Part shown: positions 1 to 12,586 of the stretch, in pieces | Position numbering within the stretch: the first letter of the stretch is position 1 | How the letters are laid out: the number at the start of each line of letters is the position of its first letter | The notes under the pieces: generated by a model | The model's input: only the letters and a program-made list of their open reading frames with translations | The model's database searches: none | Told to the model about the DNA's origin: nothing | Translations under genes and position numbers: made by a program | Assembly: GCA_025786725.1 (NCBI GenBank) | Contig: JAHLTZ010000001.1 | Location: 310,001 to 374,000 of the forward strand | DNA length: 64,000 nucleotides | From: Syncephalis fuscata S228 | Lineage: Eukaryota; Fungi; Zoopagomycota | Direction: 5' to 3'

Positions 1-254
1 GTATCGCCAATTAAGCATGCATATTTGATAATTCCAAACCGCAATGCTGTAGATGGATGGATGGATGGATGTATGCACCTCCTAGATGGATATATCTACT
101 TACGATGACACTTGCCGACGAACGGATGCTACCGTGCGGATGTTGTGTTTGGAAGAGGCCGCGCCAAATGGCGATCCACTGTGGTGCTGGCATTTTGCCA
201 GTATAGATTTCAATCATCACCCACTCACGCTTGATTTGTGTTGACCCAGTTCAT
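1..254 (-). CDS. 5' part of an unidentified spliced gene running off the window edge
   Basis: ATG at 254 gives MNWVNTNQ, then a GTGAGT...CAG intron, an open exon (AGSPFGAASSKHNIRTVASVRRQVS) and a GTAAGT donor. No family recognised. Confidence 0.35.
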
Positions 255-859
255 TTTTGCCTATTTATTTTGTACAGTTGAGTTGAAACTGTAGATCATC
301 CGCTGTAATTCTTCCTTAGTTTATTGTAAATTACATTTTTACACTGTTTAATTATGCTTATGTTTAGTATACATATTTTTGTTTATTTATTATATAAGAT
401 CCGTCATGAAATTTTCTATTGGTTTTATTTGTATTTTTGTTATAGTTTTTATTACCAATATAGCCATGATGGATCTGATTTAATTTGAATCCGCCGTGAA
501 CCCATTGTAGGAAAGGATAAGTCTTGATATTAAAACAATTAAACATACAATTAATAAAAGTAAAAGTACAATAATAATGAAATTATAGTCCAATTGAAAT
601 GCTAGTTTATTATATGTTAAATGTAAATTTTACAAGAAACAAAATCATCTAACAGTAATACCATGTAGCTAATTATACATTAATATTAGCCATATATTTC
701 AGTTACTCGGTTATTTAATCGATGGCAATGTTATATTGTTATTAAAATCATACGTGTTATTGCCCATGTTAATCTGTACTCTTACACCAATAGATACATA
801 ACACTATTCTGTAACAAACTATATTCATATGCTGCTTATTAGCAATAACAATAAAACAA

Positions 860-1458
860 CTAATAAAGATACGCGCCAAACACTGTAACAACACAGAACA
901 GGGAATCCTATGATACGTAGTCAATATAATTTTGCTGACTATGCTTCATTCTGAACAATACTTACATTGGCGAATGTTTCTTTAACCATTTTATCCGTGT
1001 CCATATCCCAGAAACAGCGACAGTCCATTCTAATTTCAATGCGTTAATGTATATAGTAGATTTATACAAAGTAGCATACCGTGCACCAACACCCGAGTTT
1101 TCACCGATAATCACATTTACAACGTATTTGTAGCGACTAAGGTCGAGTTCTATGAAATAACGTGCTTAGTGATGAGTCGTTTATCCATGCTATAGTATAA
1201 ATACCTTGTAGTTTGTTTTTAAGAATGTCAGCTATCTCCTTTGCCGTATCCGAGGCAGTCTCTGCATCGTAGGAAGCAGACTCTAGCTTTTCTTTCAATA
1301 GCTGCTGTATCAACGTGGTGACGACAGCCGGACGGAACCTACGCGATTATATAAGATGAGCCATGTATATGTCTGTCATCTTACTTTTGTGCAAATGTTG
1401 GTCGGATACCAACAAACCCGGAGTTGGCTTCGGTACCAGATGCTTCTGTGGTTGCCAT
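860..1458 (-). CDS. Tctex1-family dynein light chain, TCTEX1D2/DYNLT2B-like (5 exons)
   Basis: Spliced translation MATTEASGTEANSGFVGIRPTFAQK|FRPAVVTTLIQQLLKEKL...ADILKNKLQ|ELDLSRYKYVVNVIIGENSGVGAR|MDCRCFWDMDTDKMVKETFAN|DSLFCVVTVFGAYLY*. RYK-VV-V-IGE and RCFWD..TD motifs of the Tctex-1 family. Confidence 0.9.
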
Positions 1459-1527
1459 AGTTGAAATAGAAGATTCCTAATACTGTAGTGAAATAGCGGT
1501 GTATAGTATGAAAAAGGAATGGCTGGC

Positions 1528-2483
1528 ATTACTTCAATCTCCTGGGGCAGTAAATCATTTTACGCAATCAATTGTAGTGATTTGATTTGATTAATTGGTG
1601 TTTAAATGATAATTCATAATAAACATTAATCAATGTAACAACATTATCATTTCCATAAAATAGAATTGATTGTAACAGAGCATTGTATTAGTGGTTGCTA
1701 TTTTAAACATTTAAATAAACAATGTAATATGCTATTTGATTTCATTGAACCACTTGAAACCGATCATTGTTGTTGTTGGCCATGTGTAGAAAGATTGATT
1801 GAATATTAATAAAAGCCATACTTGGTATCAACTTGATAGATACAATTTATTTGCTGACCATTAATGAAGCAAATGGCCTCTACCATATGCAATAATGATA
1901 GGCTGAGTGTCTTTATTAAAAGCTCTTGTGGCGACAGTTGTAACCAGAATATACGGCATGCCGTTGAGGTTACTTGAACAGGTGTTGATGTAAATAAGAG
2001 AAATAAAGACTAGGGATTGATAATGTTTTTTATTGCTGTTCAAATACGCATGCTATTTATATTGTTATATTCGGTATGAATATATAATATAGCACTAAAT
2101 AGAACAATAAATAGCAATAGAAAAATAAGAGTGAAACGAGTAAATAAAAAATGTAAAAGGCAACGTATAATAACTTCCATATATTAATTAATAAATAGAC
2201 TCATGTAGTTCAGTGTCAAAACATCAAAGCTAGCATCCTTTACTTGATTGAACTACACATTTGTTGTTCTACTAAACATGGAACTGGATGGTAAATTATA
2301 TTAAATATCAAATTATAATGCTTTCAATACTTTACAGGACCATAATATGAAGCAACATTTATCTATTTACTATATTTTATTACTAATTAATTCAATCAAA
2401 GTTGAGTGGCACTGCTCCAACAAATAACGTTTCTCAATATTAAAAACTAATTGGCGATTTATTATTTGAGTTATGGATTTTTT
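1528..2483. repeat. ~950-bp dispersed repeat, copy 1 (copy 2 at 28548-29491)
   Basis: Near-identical sequence from ATTACTTCAATCT(C/T)CTGGGGCAG to GAGTTATGGATTTTTT in both places, same orientation. Confidence 0.95.
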
Positions 2484-2695
2484 GTCCCCATTTTAACCTA
2501 AGAGGCACAAAGTACAATAGCTCCGAGGGAATAAATTATACGTTATTTATCCACAATAAAATTAGGATATGATGGTAAAAGTCATTGGATTTAAATATTA
2601 GAAAGTAAAGCATTTATATAGCTAATGTAATCTTATCGTAGTTTTGTAATAATATTGAATGCTTATTTTGAAATTAACTTGTTTATTAAGCTAGA

Positions 2696-3384
2696 TCATC
2701 TAGAGCCGCCTACTAGGTGGCGATATGTCTGGGATATTTCATTACCAATAGATGACATAAGCTTGTGAACCCAGTAAAAGAAATTGGCCAGAAAAGCCTT
2801 GATATTAATTTTTGCATTGTTTAAAATTTCTTGAAGCTTTTGAAGAACTGTTGATAAAACACTACGCCTTCTTTGCCGCTCAACAAATGGATCTCCCATT
2901 TCCTCTGTTGTAGTATACTGTCTTGCCTCAGAAATGGCATTCACGGGACGATTTACGCGTCTTAAGCTGAGGTGCGTATTGTTAGAATTGTTCGTTGGAG
3001 TCAATAAATTGTCATTGGGATTATCCACTGGAGTCGATGAAAGAACTTCACCGTTGTTTGATAGAACAAATGGAATGCCACTGAGATCGTCCATTGGGAT
3101 CGATGACGTAGTGTTGTAGTTTTCCAATGCAGCGAATGAAAGATTACTGCCGTTGTTTGATAGAATAAATGAGATATCATCGTTGCCCTCTTGGTTTCCT
3201 AGCACAATTTCTATCATCTCACTCATATAGGTCTGGGTTGCCGTCAACGCCCTTTCGAGTTGTTCCCCCTCTAGATACTCAAAACTCGCCCCAGCCTGCG
3301 CCACGATTTCATCTGCATATTTCTATATTTAAAAGCGCGTAAGTACTATGTTATATTAGACTATCTGCTGACCTGGCCGTCCAT
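2696..3384 (-). CDS. Hypothetical lineage-specific protein (2 exons)
   Basis: ATG GAC GGC CAG|GTCAGC intron joins the 202-aa ORF. Short internal duplication (ISFILSNNGS / IPFVLSNNGE). No family recognised. Confidence 0.55.
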
Positions 3385-4473
3385 TACAAAAGACAAAGTG
3401 TTATATAGTAATTGGGTAACACCACAAAAACTAATGCGAATCAACTGTTTATGTTTAATGTCAGTTATTTTTTTATTTATTAGGATATTTATACTGTTGT
3501 GAGCATGTATATAATAGTCGTATTTGCTACGAATATAATAACGTAAATACACATTTAGGCCAAGACACATCTTAATATATCGACATGAATTGCTAGGGTA
3601 TACAATACTAATGCTCGTTCATTCTCGTAATATACACAAACGTCATTAGACTATTCTGGCATAAGACAGAGAGTCGTGCAATAAATAATCAATACAAACA
3701 TTAGCCCCTTTATTTAATATTATTTTAATTATTTGTTTGTCGCAATAAGATCTCATTTTATAATCGATAATAATTAATGATAAACATTAAGCCAAGGTTT
3801 TTTAACTGGAAATTTAGCCAAGCCGTTTTGTAAATCGTTCGATTTCTTGATTTTACAAGCCCAAGCACTGCACTTTGATATTTCATTCTAAAAGTTATCA
3901 TCATTGTATTCTATAATAGGCCGAAATAAGCGTAAGGAGTCATTACAAAACATACAGAATAGCTGTATTGATGTATACAGAATGGTTCTTTCTCCTTAAA
4001 ATTAATATAATTTATTATCTGCTATGATTTGTATATAATACTGCCATTTATATTTACTACAATCATATGCTTAATATAAATATGAAATAAAGCAAGCTAT
4101 TATCTAGTTGAGCATGAAATATTATCCACGTTTGATCGGATATTCAACAATAACTATAGCCAACTTTAATAATCATTATAAAAATAATCGCTTTTATAAT
4201 CCAAGATATTAATAATTTTGCAAAATAGCCACTATTCTATAAACATACATACTAGTAAAAATATTAGTAATAGTTTATTTTAAAGTTTGGTGCGCCACCT
4301 TTGCTTAATCAAGTAGATTATTTTGTGATAAAGATTAATAAGCATTTTTCTTTTTTATCAAATTTTCTTTAGCTACTCGGAATCTACGATTGCTTTAGTC
4401 ATTCCATTGCTATAGAATTTGCTTTCATAGTATTATAGCTAGCTATAACTACGCTTTGTCTTAAACTCTTACA

Positions 4474-5970
4474 ATGTCGTTAAATCCTGTTTTGGAGAGT
4501 GCTCAGTTTATTGCAAAGGCACGTTTATTAACCAGCTCGCTAATGACTAACCAGCGTTATTGCAGAATAGTAAGGATGTATCTGTAGATATGGATGCCGT
4601 CAAAGAAGTGGCAGCCAAAGTAAGTTTATTAGTGTCATTAGTGTTATTAAATACTTTGTATTAATACTATTTAGCTACTTTTGCAAATGGAAAAAACACC
4701 TTATACAACGGGCAATTGGAAACAGCATCCATTACATCCAAACAAGCCGACGAAGCAGCCATTGATTGGTAATTGGTCTTATTGGTATAGTAGTAGTCTA
4801 TATAACTAACTAATATGCTGATAACTTAGGATATTTATTATCGATCTATTAAATTTTTCATTCTGGAGTGATGTTGGAGAATTCTCCCTGATCGGTATAC
4901 AGTGGAGTACAACGGGCAATCGTACACAGGCTATTGGGCATTATGTGCAGCTATCAATCGCGGTAAGTCAATGCATTTGTATGTATATACACTGTCCTAA
5001 TCTAGCCGCAACATATTTAGCTATGGGCGAAGGCATTCCCATTACACAGGCCTCGTTCTACGCTAATGCTACCGACGAACAACTTTTGGCAATATTCCGA
5101 TCAAACACTTCAGAGCAGATCCATTGCCAGCTCAAAGAATTCGTGTACTGCGTGAAGCAGGTCAAGTGTTAATAAAGGCAATTAAACAACAAACTAAAAA
5201 TACTCTATTATTAACCAATCATTTAATATGATTTAGCAATTTAATGGTTCATTTGTCAATTGTATCAAAGCAGCAAATCAACAAGCATCAAATTTAGTTG
5301 ACATTATTGTTACTCGCTTTTCCGTATTTCGTGATGAATGTGATTTTAATGAACGAAAAGGTAAGTGATAGAGACAATTTATTTATTTAATAGTATAGTT
5401 ATTAATAATATACGCATTATAGTACAATTTTACAAACGAGCCCAGATTCTCGTTGCCGATCTATGGTAATGATACAAATAACGTTTATATTTTATTTATC
5501 TATTATTATAGGGCATGCTTTGATGGCAAGAACTTTGGTCAATTTAACGATATTGACTATATTACAATGTTTGCCGATTATCGGTATGACTTATATTATA
5601 TTATTGTAAATAGCTAATACATACATATATATATATATATAGTGTGCCACAATCTCTTGTCTATCTAGGATTGCTTCAATACTCAACCGAGTTACAGCAA
5701 CAGCTGGAAGCGGGTAAACCACTCGACTATGGCAGCCGACAAGAAATAGAAATACGCGGCAATAGTATCTGGGCCGTGGAACAACTACGTCAATGCATGC
5801 AAGCCACCAGGAATGTCGACCAGTCTGGCAATGACGATAATAGCCATAATAACAACAGCACACCTATTAATGCCATCTTATTAGACTTTTATCTATGGGA
5901 CTTCGCTAAAGATAATGCTGAAGCACTTTCCTTTATACCCGTCCATCGTACTCGATCTATATTTTATTAA
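4474..5970 (+). CDS. QNG1: Queuosine 5'-phosphate N-glycosylase (queuine salvage, DUF2419/C9orf64 family), multi-exon
   Basis: MSLNPVLESAQFIAK|NSKDVSVD; WKQHPLHP; IDLLNFSFWSD; YTGYWALCAAINR; FRDE; FYKRAQILVADLW; TMFADYR|VPQ; EIEIRGNSIWAVE; INAILLDFYLWD; HRTRSIFY*. One apparent 1-bp deletion near 5120. Confidence 0.93.
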
Positions 5971-6833
5971 TTGATTAATTTACCATTCACACTATAATAA
6001 ATACTTTTATTTTTACTATAACGATAGTCGTAGTCGTAGTCGTACTACCACCGCTATTACTTTGTCGGCGATAGAAAGATAAATCCATTCCATCTATAGG
6101 TCGTCGAGTTACTTATCTATTTGTAGACGGTTGTGCCACCCTATGTTAATCCAATTAGATCCATCCACTTGTAATTATTCTCTTTATCGCCATTTCCCAT
6201 TATATCAGCTCATACTTGTTGCTGCTTCTCTTCGTCGCTCGCCTTCTTTTGCAGCTTTAATTAAGTGCTTCGACTAGCGTATCGATCATAATTATATCAA
6301 TCACTTTGTTACGTGTTCAAACAAAACCAGTGTGTTGTCTTTTACGCAAGTCTCTACACACACACACTCAATAGTTAATAGTGGGCGGTTTTTCTATTTG
6401 TACCGGGGTACTACCCTTTATACACTGTGTTGTACTAGGTCATAAGACGCTTTCCTCACTCATTAGCTTGTCTATTCGCAATTATTCCTGCGCTCCTTCC
6501 TTGCACCCTTTGGTATTTCGTGTTCATACGTGCAATATACCTTTTGTTCTTGGTGTAGAGACACGCAAGTGTAGTTAGGCCCTATCTAAATCGACTTTAG
6601 TTTTTTGTAAAGTGTGGTGTGTGTGTATCAACACTGTTACTCCTTTTTTACTTCGCCTACTTTACACCACTTTTTTCTTATACTTTTTCGTTTTCAAGTT
6701 GATTCCACCAGTCTAGCAACGAACAACAGCGTTGCTATTATCGTTGGCGCATTCTTAAGCTTCTAGTGAACTGCCTTTATCTTTTGTATCTTTACTACAC
6801 GTGGTTATTGTTTATGCAACTATCAAGTACGCC

Positions 6834-9789
6834 ATGGAGCAATCATCTGCCCCTACTGCCAGCAATGCCGGCTATAGTCGCGCGCATATTGCGGTGCTGG
6901 CCAAACGTTTAAAGGTCAATATGCAAAAGTAAGTATCTTGTACCACGGCGTCTATATCCTTCTCATAGGCGCGTATAGTATTTTACAAAAAGCCAATGCG
7001 AGTCAACGGTCGTTACACAGCAATAAGGAGAATATGGTTACTGCCACAGCCACTGCCACAAAGACAGCTACGGCAACTGTTACGCATCGACGGCCATTAG
7101 CACCAACTTCGGCCGAGAGCGGATCCAGACTTTCGGTATTACCATCTACGACATCAACAAAATCGCGGACTATTAAAAGTAAACCGCCTATGCTAACTCC
7201 GTCTTCGTCATTGGGTCTACCGTCTTCAAGTCCACAAACACCATCTTCGTCCCAGGATGAGATCCATAGCGGTAGTAAACAACAACATAAAATGGTAGTA
7301 CCATTTACCAGTCTACCGGCCAAGCATATCTACTTGCAAATGAACGCCAGTATGGAAGAATTCCCGGCTGTTAATGGACCAGCTACAGGTGAATTTATTG
7401 CTAATGGACCTATTATTACATCAGCTCCAGTGAAGCCATTAGCAGTTACGGCCAATCCATCTCCACCGGCTACTCGTAAACGCAAAGCTAGTATGAAAGA
7501 AAAAGAGTATAGTACACGGAAAAGACGGATCACGAATACCAGATCATCCAGTATAACTACACCATCTGTAGTATGGGACAGTGATGCCACAGATACAGAT
7601 ACAGAAATGGATACTATAATGACTAAACGTATGATACCATTGGTTGAAATACCAAGTACACCATCACCAGCCCGTACTAAAATGCCACTAAGTCGACAGA
7701 ATTCATTATTGGTAAGAAGATAGAAATGACCTTTATATAACTATATTACTAATATTTATTTATAGAATACAATTAATCTGGCCCATGAAATGACATCATC
7801 ATCATCATTATCATCACCTATTCATAGCCATACTCATTTATCTAATGATATACAACAACAACAACAACAACAACAAGGTAAACAATGTTCTCCAAACAAG
7901 TTAACAACAACCCCTACAACGAATAAAAAGACACCATCAACAAAGACAACATTCACACCTATTGTATCAGTGCCTAGTCGAGGCCGTCCACCCAAATTCA
8001 ATGGCACACCAGTTAAACCATATGTATCAGTTAATGTTAGTTCAAATCAATCAATTGGTGAGGTAACCCGAGTACGTGCCGTTCTAGTAACTGGTGCTTC
8101 AAACTTCAATATGAATGAACGATCATTGGATATGACCAAGGGTAAAACAACAGACACCAATCAACATAAATCAGGACAACGTTCTATGATTAAATCACGA
8201 TCATTGCCATCTTTACCACCACCACCACTTTTACCTAAATTACATTATGCTCGTAATGTACCAGTAATTGTACCGCCTGCAGTATCACCTGCTATGAAGT
8301 TAACCGCAAAGAAGAATTTACCTCGTATTATTCCATCTATTGGTCATACCCCCAGTAAGTGATATAATACCCTCTATAGTTAAATACTGATCTATGGTTA
8401 GATATTATACTGTGTCGGTATTGTCGTAAAAGCTGTAAAGGAACTCATGGCTGTACACTGCATTGGAAACACTGTGAAGTCAAAGCACTGGTCAGTATTG
8501 TCATATCTATTTATAGCAGTAGTAGTACTAACACTAATCATATTATTCTATTATAGTCAGTGGATATCAAACAGGCCAAGTTAAAACATGACGACTTCCG
8601 ATGCCCATGTATGATTCGCAAGACAGATAAAGGCGCCTATCATTTAAAACGACGTATGTCATCACAAAAGACAGAAGCCATTCGGTGCCCACAGTGTCAA
8701 TTATATGCCCATGTTGATTGTATATGGGCACTGGGACGAGCCTACTTGTCCAACTACACCTGCCCATTGTGTGAGATATCACTGACTGAGGAACAGATTG
8801 CCAACCTTCATGATACATCTCGACCTACAAAGAAGCGAGTTAAAGAATATGAGAAGCATTTAAAGCAATTACATGACATTGTCAACAATACTAATGATTG
8901 TGATAGCAAGTATTGTTTGCCATTAACTGGTTCTATGACATTGCCATCACCGTTACCACCTTTATCTTCATCAGTAACAACACCCTATTCAGGTTCTACG
9001 ACCAATTCTCTTTCATCTTCATCTAATAAGAAATCAACAAAACAGCGTGGATCTAAATTACCATCAAATACAACAATGACAGCATCGTCTATGCGATGTT
9101 TATCTACGGTCAACGAAGAAGAAGAAGAAGAAGAACAGATGAAGGAACAGAGCTATTATGAAGCCATGGATGACTATGGACTAGTAACCATTGATACAGA
9201 TGCATCTTCAAGTGACTGGATATCTGAAGATGAAGCAGCTATATTTGATGAAGGATACGACTATGATGACGATGAAGATAGTGATAACGAAGATAGTACA
9301 GCCTATCTACCATATTATCATCCAACTCAATTGGCTCAACTTGTATCAAATAGTGTTAATTCAATAGGTGATCCACATACATTGGCACCATTAGCGCTTC
9401 ATTTTAATCCACTAGATACAACAATGACATCAGATATATCAGATGATTGGTCAGATCCATTAAGTCAAGTAGAGTTATTACGTTGGTTAGATGAAGGAGA
9501 GACATCATTAACAACAACAACAACAACATCTTCAACTTGTATGATGATGTCTAATCCATGGATAGATCCACCTTCCCTCTCTTCACCCTCCTCTTCTTCT
9601 TCATTACCATTGGTTAATGACGAGATCGATGATCTTAATATGACATTGGATGAGAATAAGGAGAATATGACGATGTTGGTAAACGATACACCGTTATTAC
9701 TACCTGTAGACACGGTAAAGTCAGTTCACGAAGATATTTGGGCTCTTGATTTAGGAGAACAAATATCGGAAATGTTCAATAGTAAGTAA
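6834..9789 (+). CDS. Large low-complexity protein with a PHD-like Cys/His finger and acidic C-terminus
   Basis: Three long collinear ORFs separated by GT-AG introns. CPC...CPQC...HVDC...CPLC pattern (C4HC3-like), basic RKRK stretch, RGRPPK AT-hook-like motif. Start and first exon uncertain. Confidence 0.65.
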
Positions 9790-10126
9790 CAGTTTATTTT
9801 ATTAATGAATAATTACTCATTTATATATTTGTATAGCTTATATCAATTCCGACATGATACATTAAATGGTACACTATATATCGATATATATATATATACT
9901 ATACTATATATATATACTATACTATACTATATAATACCGATGATTGTGTGCATAAAGCAATTTCAGTTTATTTTAGTTTGTTTGCTGTTTAGCGTGTATT
10001 CGTAGTTGCAATAATGCTCTTCATTATTGTTGTAAATAAATAATAGCTCTATTGTTATGTAGATTACATAGATATTGTGTATGAATGTACTTTTTATTAT
10101 GATTATGATTATTATTACGAATGCTA

Positions 10127-12362
10127 TTAATATCTACGACCATAAAATCTTTTATGTTGTTGTTGTTGTTGTTGTTGCTGCTGTTGCTGCTGTTGTATAG
10201 CCCACTATTATACCACTTATTAATAAGTTATCTATTGATTAACGCTTAATTATAACTTACATTTGGATTAGCCGCATAAGCACGTGGATTTAATCGAGAT
10301 GCTGGATGCCATGATGGAGGTGCTGGATTGTTAAAAGTAGTCATACGTCTATTTGAACTGCCCCCAATATATCCTTCCATTAAACTAGAATTACTAGGTG
10401 GATAGCGTGGTTGTGGTTGTCGTGATCGTTGATGTTGCACCGTATCATTGTTATTCGATCGATTGGATCGATGATGTGGTTGTTGTTGGTAATTCGATGT
10501 ATCATGACGTGTATATGGATGATCACGACGATGATAGTTATTGGTTGATTCAGATGAGTTATTATTCCCTGTATAAGGTGTTGATCCTCGTGAACGTCTA
10601 TCAGAATCAATACGGGCCCGTTTACGATCTGGTGGCGCGGGTAGTGTAAATGCCGATGATTCTGACATGACTCGTCTTTGTCGGGGTAAATCGCATGCCT
10701 ATTATTGTTGTTATTATTATTTTATTAGATTAAGTAGATGGATAAATACTTACATCGCCAAAATGACCTTCATCACCACAGTTATAACAGTAAATGACAA
10801 CGGGGATCTATATTTGTTTATTTTCATTTAATATTATTATATTGATATGGATACTAATATTTATAAGTACTTACCTTGTATGATGGTTCTGTAGTTATAT
10901 ATTTATAAGAACGCCAATAAGTTGGGCATATCTATATATATATATATATATCGATAGTAAGTATCTATTATATTGTGTATTTATTAATTACCTCTGTTCG
11001 ATGATTTGATGAACCACATCGATTACAACCACGATTAATTTGTGAATATGATTTTTTACAATCCTATTAAATAGAATTAGATATTAATTAACCAATTACA
11101 TATATATATATATAGTATACCTTTGATATATGACCTGGTTCATTACATCGGAAACAAACAACACCATTAAACTTGCAATCACGTCCTATATGATTAGGAT
11201 CACCACATACATTGCATACCTAGATGATACATTAAATAAATAAATACTATTTGAATTTGTATGTATAAATATTACATTTTTCTGTGGACAATCACGTCGT
11301 ATATGGCCCACTTGGTTACAAGTTTGACACACTCTTGTTTCTTTACCTTTCTCTTGAAAATAGCGTGGACGTATCTATTACAATAACCATTAGTGTCATC
11401 TATTATTTGTTATTATTAACTTACAGAAAATGCTTCTTGATCTAAATAATCAAAATCAGCTGTTGTTTCTTCAGTTACTTGATGTGCATCAATGACTTCG
11501 GTTTGAATAACATGAGTTACAGTAAGTAGTGAGGTTGCCACACTAGTGGGTGGTTCCATCAAGGCTATACTAGGCTCATCTACTATGGGTGGTGGTGGCA
11601 CAGAAGATATGACTGGTTCTATTTCTTCTTTGACTTCAGCTTTTATAGTATCATAATTAGTATAGACTTGCTCATTAGCGATGCTATCATCGCTATCACT
11701 GCTATTAACATCTTCTTTGTGATTATTAGTGCTATTTAATGGTGTAAATGCCGCTGAATAGCTATCCTTGGCCTTGGATGAACGTTGACGTAGATTGCCT
11801 GATCGATTAGCAGATACTGTGGCATGATATCGCGAATCCTCTTTACTATCTTCTTCTTTAACCAATGCTGGTGTTAAAATAGCTTGTTTACCATCACTTT
11901 CATCCTCTTCTTTAACCAATGCGTGTTCATTTAATGTTGGTGTCGATGTTAGAATAGCTTGAAGATTAGGCTTTTCATCTATTGTTGCATTAAAAAATGA
12001 CATCAACTTTTCTTTTTTAACTGCCATTGCTGATTCGTTTGTTCTTGTATTCTTTGGTTCTTGTTCTTGTTCTGGTTCTGTTCTTGTTCTTGTTTTGTTG
12101 GAGTATTCACTGTGGCTGGAATGGCTTTACGGGTGCATAATGCACATAGCTTAATAGCGTCGTTTCTACTTCACTATCCTCGCTATCTTCTTCTTTTATC
12201 ATGACCTGTATTATAGATTAGTTGGTATGAACTGCTATTTACCTGCATTCACTATCTATCGACTGCTTACGTGTTATTCGGTGATCCACCATATGTATCT
12301 TCCTCATTACGATAGTAATCGTCCGCATATTCATCGTCATCGTCATTCCTACTATTCCACAT
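10127..12362 (-). CDS. AIR1: Air1/Air2 (ZCCHC7)-like multi zinc-knuckle protein, TRAMP subunit
   Basis: Five CX2CX4HX4C knuckles across exons (CQTCNQVGHIRRDC, CNVCGDPNHIGRDC, CFRCNEPGHISK, CNRCGSSNH, CYNCGDEGHFGD) plus the Air-typical YWRSY linker. Poly-Q tail. Apparent frameshift(s) in the N-terminal part. Confidence 0.8.
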
Positions 12363-12586
12363 GATATTGGTGGTTAAATTGTAATAAAAAAAAGCAACGA
12401 TATACTGCAAATCCCTTTTATTTTCTGTTAATTGATTAAATACAAATTAATAATTTAACATCAAATTATAAAATGGTATATTTTATTTTTACGTAAATTA
12501 CAACCACCATTACAACATAATAATCACATGTATTTATTGAATTAAACAGCGTTTATTATTTTACAGCATAAATGAATGAGAACCTC

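Noticed and set aside
6834-6930. IAVLAKRLK as a Whi5/Nrm1-like motif
   Set aside because: Too short and exon structure uncertain; insufficient evidence.
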